DNA of 64,000 bases, taken from an uncultured Acidobacteriota bacterium (GTDB taxonomy: Bacteria > Acidobacteriota > Blastocatellia > RBC074). The stretch is from assembly GCA_963796275.1 (NCBI GenBank), contig CAWCKY010000003.1, positions 672,001 to 736,000 of the forward strand. Direction: 5' to 3'. Positions 57,420 through 64,000 of the stretch are shown here, piece after piece. A model generated the notes under the pieces. It saw nothing but the letters and a program-made list of their open reading frames with translations. It did not search any database and was not told the DNA's origin. Each line of letters starts with the position of its first letter. Position 1 is the stretch's first letter. The position numbers were made by a program, and so were the translations under genes.

Positions 57420-60400
57420 ATGTTTAGCTGCAAGAAGTTAATGCTCATGGCGCCGTTCGCTATGATCGCTGTTTTGAGTATCGTTGAGGTTGAATTTGGT
57501 ATCCTGGCGATAGCTCAAACTACCAGAGCCACGGTATTTGGCACAGTTACGGACGAGAAAGGAGCCGTGGTCGCCAATGTCAAAATCAGCGCCAAGAACC
57601 TCGATACTAACCTAAATCGCGAGACGGCATCGGACGAATTGGGGCGTTATCGCATTCCTGAATTGCCGGCTGGCCGATATGAGGTGACGGCGGAGGGGCA
57701 GGGTTTTCGGCCCAGAACACAGCGCGGTATCGAGCTGAGTGTCGGGCGCGATGTGATCGTTGACATCCTTCTCAGTGTGGGGAAGGTCGAAGATAGAGTT
57801 GTCATTGAGGGAGATGCGGCATTGGTAGAGACGAGCTCGTCGGCCGTGAAATACCTGGTAAATCGGAGGCAGGTCGAGGAGCTTCCCTTAAATGGCCGCG
57901 ACGTGCTTCAGCTTGCCACGCTGCAAAACGGGGTGGTGAGCACCACCTCGATCGGAGATACACAGGAGAATGTTGGACCCGGTAAGACGAGACTGATCGT
58001 CAATGGCGCGCGGTTGGATAGCAACATTTACTACCTGGACGGCACAGATACGGCGGACGCGTTCTCCAATTCACCCGGTGGATTGGGAGGCGGATTTCTC
58101 GGCGTGGATGCGTTGAGGGAGTTCCAGGTGTTGACTTCGAACTACTCGGCCGAGTTCGGAGTAGGCGGCGGAGCGATCGTCAACGCGATAACCAAGTCGG
58201 GCGGCAACCAGTTTCACGGTACTGCCTTCGAATTTCTACGTAATAGCGCACTCGATGCCCGCAATTTTTTTAACGCGCAGAAACTACCTTTTAAGCGCAA
58301 TCAGTTCGGCGGCAGTCTCGGTGGCCCGTTAATCAAGGATCGCACTTTCTTTTTCTTCAATTACGAAGGACTGCGCAACCGTGAAGGCAAGTCGAGCCTC
58401 TTCTCCGTGCCGAGTCCGGATGCCCGGCAGGGAAATCTGACGAGCGGGCAGGTGACTGTCGCCGACTCGGTCTCGCCCTACCTGTCGCTCTACCCATTGC
58501 CAAATGGGCCTATTACGGGCAACACGGGCGTCTACCGTCGTGACATGGACGAATCTATCAACGAAGACTTCATCACGGGCCGGCTGGATCACACATTGAC
58601 ATCCAAGCATTCGCTGTTCGGACGTTACACGCTCGATGATTCAAACCTGCGCAACGCCGCGGGAGTAATTGTCGATCGGATGCTCAAAAACCAGAATCAT
58701 TATGTGACTCTGGAAGGCCAGTCGGTATTATCCCCACGCGCGATCAACACCCTCCGCGCCAGCTATAGCCGAAACAGATTCGCCAGCAGTTTTCCATTTA
58801 CCGTGGGGGTGGGTCCCGAACTATCTTTCATACCCGGCCAACCGATGGGAGCATTTCAAGTACAGGAAATCGATGCTCTGCGGCCCGCGCTTGCTACACC
58901 GAGCAATTTCGCGCTCAACAACATCGAGATCAGCGAACAGTTCATCTATAGCCGCGATATTCACTCGTTCAAGTTCGGCGCGATGGTGCACCGCTATCAA
59001 CTCAACGCCGACTCGACGCTCGTGCCTGATGGCATATTTATCTATGGCGGCGGAGTCTCGGATTTTTTAACCGCTTCACCGCAGGTACTATTTGCGCCAG
59101 CCCCAGGTAAGAACTTCTATCGCGGCATTCGCCAAACGCTCTTCGGTTTCTATGCTCAGGACGACTGGAGGATCCGGCAGAATTTGACGATCAACCTGGG
59201 GCTGCGTTATGAGCCGATCACTGCCCCGACCGAAGTTAACGGCAAGGTCGCCAATTTACGTAATCTTACGGATGCAGCCACGAGTGTGGGAGACCCGTTC
59301 ATACAAAATCCATCAAGGCGCAGTTTCGCGCCGCGCTTCGGCTTTGCACTCGATCCGACCGGAAAGGGAGTATGGGCGGTACGCGGCGGCTTCGGCGTCT
59401 ACAACGCATCCTTACGGCCGATGCAATATCGGTTCGCCATATCCAACCAGCCGCCTTTCGGGCAACTCCTACTGTTACCGGGAGTCTTCCCGAATGCCTA
59501 CTCCATGTCTATCAACAGTCCAATTCCCGTGCCGGGGTTGTTGTGGCTGATGCAATCCGACTCGGAACAGCCTACCGTTTACCAATGGAACCTGACTGTG
59601 CAGAGAGAGCTGAGCAGGGACCTGGTCGTGTCGGCAGGTTACATCGGATCGCGCGGCGTGCATCTGTTGACCAATTCGAGCACTAACGCGCGGACTGATT
59701 TCCAGATCGTCAATGGCCAGAAGTTCTACCCGGAGACGGCAAACACGCAGGCGGTTCGTCTCAATCCGAATTTCGGCGCGATGCAGGTTACCGCTTTCAA
59801 CGGAGATTCTTATTACAACGGGCTGCAGTTATCGGCTACCAAACGGTATTCCGCCGGCGTGCAGCTCCAGCTTTCATATACCTACTCGAAATCGACCGAC
59901 ACGGCATCGGCGACCGAGTCCGTGTACACCAATGGGGTGCTGGGCGGCGATTTCCAGGATCCGCTGGCGCCCGCAAGCGATAAGGGGCTATCGGACTTCG
60001 ATATTCGCCATAACTTCGTGGCCAATTTCCTCTGGGAATTACCGTTCGGAAAAGGCCGGAGGTTCGCCAACAATATGAGCGGGGCAGCGGACAAATTAGT
60101 CACAGGATGGGGTGTTGGAGGCATTCTCAATTTACGGAGCGGATTCCCATTCACCGTTACTCTCGGAGGGCTCAACCGGGCACGCAATGGGATCGACGAC
60201 AACCTGCAAACTCAGAGGCCGAATCTGGCGCCCGGTCGCTCTTTTGAGAGCGCAATTAATGGCGATCCGGGCCGATACATCGATCCGTCGGCATTCGTGT
60301 TGCAACCTGCAGGTTTCTACGGCAATTTGGGAAGGAATACTCTGCAAGGCCCGAATCTGAGGTCATTCGATTTCTCGCTTCTTAAAAAGACTCGCATCAA

Positions 60401-60605
60401 CGAACGCATCACTACCGAGTTGCGCGGAGAGTTTTTCAATATATTCAACATTACAAATTTCTCTCCGCCGATTGGCGACCGAAGAATGGTCTTCAATAGT
60501 GTAGACCCGAGCGGTCTGGGAGTCGTTCCGGGCAACTTCGGGCAATTGACGCAAACATCAGTCAGCTCTCGCCAGATTCAGTTCGGTTTGAAGCTTCTTT
60601 GGTGA
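57420..60605 (+). CDS. TonB-dependent receptor (Oar-like), tandem paralogue of 53788-56982
   Basis: Shared blocks such as SPGGLGGGFLGV.ALREF and YRGIRQ.LFG.Y.QDDW; C-terminal RQIQFGLKLLW. Confidence 0.92.
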   Translation: MFSCKKLMLMAPFAMIAVLSIVEVEFGILAIAQTTRATVFGTVTDEKGAVVANVKISAKNLDTNLNRETASDELGRYRIPELPAGRYEVTAEGQGFRPRTQRGIELSVGRDVIVDILLSVGKVEDRVVIEGDAALVETSSSAVKYLVNRRQVEELPLNGRDVLQLATLQNGVVSTTSIGDTQENVGPGKTRLIVNGARLDSNIYYLDGTDTADAFSNSPGGLGGGFLGVDALREFQVLTSNYSAEFGVGGGAIVNAITKSGGNQFHGTAFEFLRNSALDARNFFNAQKLPFKRNQFGGSLGGPLIKDRTFFFFNYEGLRNREGKSSLFSVPSPDARQGNLTSGQVTVADSVSPYLSLYPLPNGPITGNTGVYRRDMDESINEDFITGRLDHTLTSKHSLFGRYTLDDSNLRNAAGVIVDRMLKNQNHYVTLEGQSVLSPRAINTLRASYSRNRFASSFPFTVGVGPELSFIPGQPMGAFQVQEIDALRPALATPSNFALNNIEISEQFIYSRDIHSFKFGAMVHRYQLNADSTLVPDGIFIYGGGVSDFLTASPQVLFAPAPGKNFYRGIRQTLFGFYAQDDWRIRQNLTINLGLRYEPITAPTEVNGKVANLRNLTDAATSVGDPFIQNPSRRSFAPRFGFALDPTGKGVWAVRGGFGVYNASLRPMQYRFAISNQPPFGQLLLLPGVFPNAYSMSINSPIPVPGLLWLMQSDSEQPTVYQWNLTVQRELSRDLVVSAGYIGSRGVHLLTNSSTNARTDFQIVNGQKFYPETANTQAVRLNPNFGAMQVTAFNGDSYYNGLQLSATKRYSAGVQLQLSYTYSKSTDTASATESVYTNGVLGGDFQDPLAPASDKGLSDFDIRHNFVANFLWELPFGKGRRFANNMSGAADKLVTGWGVGGILNLRSGFPFTVTLGGLNRARNGIDDNLQTQRPNLAPGRSFESAINGDPGRYIDPSAFVLQPAGFYGNLGRNTLQGPNLRSFDFSLLKKTRINERITTELRGEFFNIFNITNFSPPIGDRRMVFNSVDPSGLGVVPGNFGQLTQTSVSSRQIQFGLKLLW

Positions 60606-60634
60606 GATCGATACCAGCGCTATTTGCAACCAAA

Positions 60635-60695
60635 TTCACAAAAAGACAAAGGGCACGAGCGATTAAAAATCTGTGGCTTTGTCTTTTTGTGACAT
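60635..60695. terminator. Hairpin (terminator or REP-like)
   Basis: tcacaaaaagacaaag pairs with ctttgtctttttgtga. Confidence 0.6.
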
Positions 60696-60756
60696 TTTGT
60701 TGGAAATCTACATTTGGTCGAATTGAGAGGCACAGATCGATCAATGGGGATGAGAT

Positions 60757-61488
60757 ATGGTAGCAAAAGAACATGTGGACTATGGAATTGATGCTTCCGA
60801 TAACTTGCGGCGGTTTACCATCCTGGGATTGCTAACTCTCACTGCATCCGTCGTTATCTATGCCACAGGATTCGGTCTCTTCTCAATTGCTTTCGGGATT
60901 GTCGGTGCCTGGTGGAGTTTTTGCGCTGCTCTAATGGTCGTCTCCAGCAAGTTCGGAAAATTTCGCATCCGAGACTCTCTTATCTCTCGAATAGCGTGGC
61001 GCGGGGACGAACGAGTTTTAGATGTCGGTTGCGGGCACGGGTTGCTTCTCGTGGCGGCCGCGAAGAGGCTGACCACCGGCCGCGCAGTAGGTATCGATAT
61101 TTGGAGTCACGACCAGGGGGACAACCGGCCAGAGAACACCGCCAGGAACGCAAGGATCGAAGGGGTCGCCGACCGCGTAGAGATTCGCGACTGCGACGCC
61201 CGTCAACTCGCCTTTCCCGATGAGTCATTCGACGTAGTCATCTCCAGCCTGGCGCTCCACCATATCCCGGGGGACCGCGAGCGAGAGCAGGCCATTTGCG
61301 AAATCATGCGCGTACTGAGACCGGGTGGTCAGGTCGCGATCTACGACATCAAGCGGATCTCCCAATATCAACAAATCTTTCTCGCATCGGGAATGGAAGA
61401 GGTACGACTGTCCGGGCGGAGTTTCTGGTACCTGTTGCCGACCTTCATACTGACGGCCATAAAACCCGGAGCTCAGATACGGGATTAG
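60757..61488 (+). CDS. Membrane-anchored class I SAM-dependent methyltransferase
   Basis: DYGIDA start; two TM helices; VLDVGCGHG; FDVV.SSLALH; RVLRPGG. Confidence 0.88.
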   Translation: MVAKEHVDYGIDASDNLRRFTILGLLTLTASVVIYATGFGLFSIAFGIVGAWWSFCAALMVVSSKFGKFRIRDSLISRIAWRGDERVLDVGCGHGLLLVAAAKRLTTGRAVGIDIWSHDQGDNRPENTARNARIEGVADRVEIRDCDARQLAFPDESFDVVISSLALHHIPGDREREQAICEIMRVLRPGGQVAIYDIKRISQYQQIFLASGMEEVRLSGRSFWYLLPTFILTAIKPGAQIRD

Positions 61489-61602
61489 GCAATTGATTGT
61501 TGACTGGTGATCGCTCGGGAATATTCCTGCTACATGGCATAACGAATTTCCCCATCCCAGCTACCGATTCCCAACTACCAAAACTCCTGTTCACGATCGA
61601 AT

Positions 61603-63012
61603 ATGAAACAGACTGATCAGAAGGACAAGCTGCTCGGCGGCGGGCAGGTGCCGTCAGCCGCTACAATCTATTACGGATGGATAGTTGTGGCCGCCTGTTT
61701 TTTAGTAATCGCTTCGGTCGCGCCTATGGTCAGCTCTTTTTCGCTTTTCCAGGTACCGGTACTGGAGGAATTCAACTGGAGCCGTGGTAGTTTCGCTTTC
61801 GCTCTGTCCATCCATCTGATTTTCGCCGGTGTGGCCGCGCCTATCGCTGGCGGACTGATCGATCGATTCGGCCCTCGGCGCGTCATGCCGTTCGGAGCGC
61901 TGATTACTGCTATGGCCCTGATATTGATGAGCCGCAGCTCTTCGCTGTGGCATATTTATTTAGCCTTCGGAGTGTTAGGGGCGGTGGGCAGCTCGTTACT
62001 GCAACACACGCCTTTGATAGCACTCATCTCAAACTGGTTTGTGCACTATCGCGGCACTGCCATCGGCATTGTCAGCGCCGGTTCCGGAGCCGGCCAATTA
62101 GCTTTGTTGCCGCTGATGCAATACCTCATCAGTCACCTCGGCTGGCGCCAGACCTATCTCGTTTTCGGCCTTGCAATCCTGTCTATCCCAACGATACTGA
62201 TCCTGTTGTTTCTCCACACGCGGCCGGAAGCCCGAGGTCTTTCGATCGAGGACGAAATAAGACGGCGGACGACACACGACCAGGTGAGAAAAGGTGCGCG
62301 GACAGGAGGAAGAGAAGGGGAAGAACCCGATAAAAGAAGGCGATGGAATCGACGGAACGAAGAGGTGATTCTCGATAAGGAATGGGCTGAGACCGATTGG
62401 ACTGCGGGAAGAGCATCGCGCACATTTCGCTTCTGGTCGCTGACTCTCGTCATGGCGTTGTTCGCCGCCGGATTATTACTCATCTCGCTTCAGCTGGTTG
62501 CCTACCTGGGAGACAAAGGCTACGGCTCGATCCTCGTTGCCTCGGTCGTTGGATTGCAGGGTATGCTCAATATGGTTGGCGAATTCGTCGGAGGATTCTT
62601 GTGCGATCGAATCGGACGGGAGAAGACGCTGACTATAAGCTTGGCTATATTTGTCACCTCGATTGTTTTACTGAGCGTGGTCGGGATCGTCACCAGCCCG
62701 GCGCTCGTCTACGTTTTCACGCTTTTTTACGGAATGGGGTTCGGCATGGCGGTGCCGGCGTTGATGATCTCTGCTTCAGACCTGTTTCAAGGCAAACATT
62801 TCGGTTCGATTCTGGGATTTATCGTTCTCGGGGGATATTTTGGAGGTGCAATCGGCGCCTGGCTGAGCGGCCGCTTCTACGATTTAACGCAAACCTATGA
62901 GGCTAACTTCCTGCTTGCCGGAGCAGCGATGATGATTTCAGCAGGACTCATCTGGAAAACTAGACCGGGCAGCGTGCGGGTGGTTCGCCATATCATAGCG
63001 GGAGACCGGTGA
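61603..63012 (+). CDS. MFS transporter (MCT/OFA-like)
   Basis: YYGWIVV, G.LIDRFGPR, WF...RGTAIG, G.LCDRIGR. Confidence 0.92.
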   Translation: MKQTDQKDKLLGGGQVPSAATIYYGWIVVAACFLVIASVAPMVSSFSLFQVPVLEEFNWSRGSFAFALSIHLIFAGVAAPIAGGLIDRFGPRRVMPFGALITAMALILMSRSSSLWHIYLAFGVLGAVGSSLLQHTPLIALISNWFVHYRGTAIGIVSAGSGAGQLALLPLMQYLISHLGWRQTYLVFGLAILSIPTILILLFLHTRPEARGLSIEDEIRRRTTHDQVRKGARTGGREGEEPDKRRRWNRRNEEVILDKEWAETDWTAGRASRTFRFWSLTLVMALFAAGLLLISLQLVAYLGDKGYGSILVASVVGLQGMLNMVGEFVGGFLCDRIGREKTLTISLAIFVTSIVLLSVVGIVTSPALVYVFTLFYGMGFGMAVPALMISASDLFQGKHFGSILGFIVLGGYFGGAIGAWLSGRFYDLTQTYEANFLLAGAAMMISAGLIWKTRPGSVRVVRHIIAGDR

Positions 63013-63018
63013 ATTTTA

Positions 63019-63274
63019 CATTTGTCAGTTGTCATTTGTAATCTGTCATTGAAGAAATGCGGCCCCAATAACAAATGGCAAATGACAAATGATCAGCCTC
63101 TCGCCGCCTCTAAAACCTGTCCTTTAGCTATAGGGTGTAATGGTCCATCCGATCCGATAACCCGACCAGTCCGAGCGCGGTCTCTACGTGTTTGCGCCTT
63201 TTTGATGGAGCTGCATTTCTTAGCAGCATTCTTCAATGACAACTGACAAATGACAACTGACAAATGACAAATGA
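63019..63274. repeat. Heptamer-armed inverted-repeat element enclosing copied fragments of the neighbouring ABC gene
   Basis: 63019-63060 pairs with 63226-63266; interior copies 63273-63307 and 63539-63600. Confidence 0.8.
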
Positions 63275-63958
63275 TCAGCTTCTCACCGCCTCTAAAAACT
63301 GTCCTTTCTCCAGATGATAAATGAAAGAGGCGTGTTCCGCAGCGTTCGGATCATGCGTGACCATGATGATGGTCTTACCGAAATCGCGGTGAAGGCGCTC
63401 CAGCAGTTCGAGGACCTCTGAAGCGGATTTCGCATCCAAATCACCGGTTGGTTCATCGGCCAGTATGAGGTCCGGGTCGGTCACGAGTGCGCGCGCAATA
63501 GCGACGCGTTGTTCCTGGCCGCCGGAGAGCTGTCGAGGGTAATGGTCCATCCGATCCGATAACCCGACCAGTCCGAGCGCGGTCTCCACGTGTTTGCGCC
63601 GTTCCCGTCCGCTCAGGCGTGTCAGCAGCAGCGGCAATTCGACATTTTCATAGGCGTTCAATACCGGTATCAGGTTGAAGGTCTGAAACACGTAGCCGAT
63701 ATGCGCGCTCCGCCAGGCTGCCAGTTCATCCTCGCGAAGTTCGAGGATGTTCGTACCCAGCACACTGATTTCGCCGTTTGTCGGACGGTCGATCCCGGCG
63801 ATTATATTCAGCAGCGTGCTCTTGCCCGAGCCGGATGGCCCCATCAGTGCAACGAACTCGCCGGTATGAATGTCGAGCGTCGCGTCGCGGAAGGCTACGA
63901 CTTCGGTCGTATCGCGGTGATAGATTTTCGTAAGATTGCGAGCTTGAACGAGAATCAT
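63275..63958 (-). CDS. ABC transporter ATP-binding protein (LolD/MacB family)
   Basis: [29 protein letters not shown]. Confidence 0.95.
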   Translation of the reverse strand: MILVQARNLTKIYHRDTTEVVAFRDATLDIHTGEFVALMGPSGSGKSTLLNIIAGIDRPTNGEISVLGTNILELREDELAAWRSAHIGYVFQTFNLIPVLNAYENVELPLLLTRLSGRERRKHVETALGLVGLSDRMDHYPRQLSGGQEQRVAIARALVTDPDLILADEPTGDLDAKSASEVLELLERLHRDFGKTIIMVTHDPNAAEHASFIYHLEKGQFLEAVRS

Positions 63959-63960
63959 TT

Positions 63961-64000
63961 TTATTTGCTCGTCACTGTTACGCCTTCCTTGATCTTTTCG
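63961..64000 (-). CDS. 3' end of an upstream gene (partial)
   Basis: [12 protein letters not shown]-stop ends 2 nt before the ABC ATPase start. Confidence 0.4.
   Translation of the reverse strand, partial: EKIKEGVTVTSK

Overview
Bacterial chromosomal window. The Oar-type TonB-dependent receptors, VWA and CHAT families and a Solibacter-type C-terminal domain suggest Acidobacteriota, probably Blastocatellia-like (inference). 0-14.6 kb: two secreted TPR-CHAT (caspase-like) paralogues flank a 1935-aa M36 metallopeptidase, with many gene remnants between them. 14.6-21 kb: phosphotransferase, Ser/Thr kinase-TPR, mgtE and a di-heme peroxidase. 21.4-24 kb: panB, an archaeal-type phosphopantothenate synthetase and coaX, an unusual CoA-precursor cluster with no panC or pantoate kinase in the window. 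24.8-35 kb: M48-FHA protein, gmhA, a DHS-like protein, a minus-strand three-gene cassette (wHTH-like protein, P-loop ATPase, nuclease-FtsK fusion), suhB, nadK and a rhomboid protease. 35-44 kb: a short family A DNA polymerase, membrane glycosylation genes and proS. 44-63 kb: two partly duplicated TonB / receptor / methyltransferase / MFS modules. Many palindromic and 7-nt-periodic intergenic repeats occur throughout. No rRNA, tRNA, CRISPR array, transposase or integrase was recognised. All calls are by-eye motif recognition; no database searches were run.
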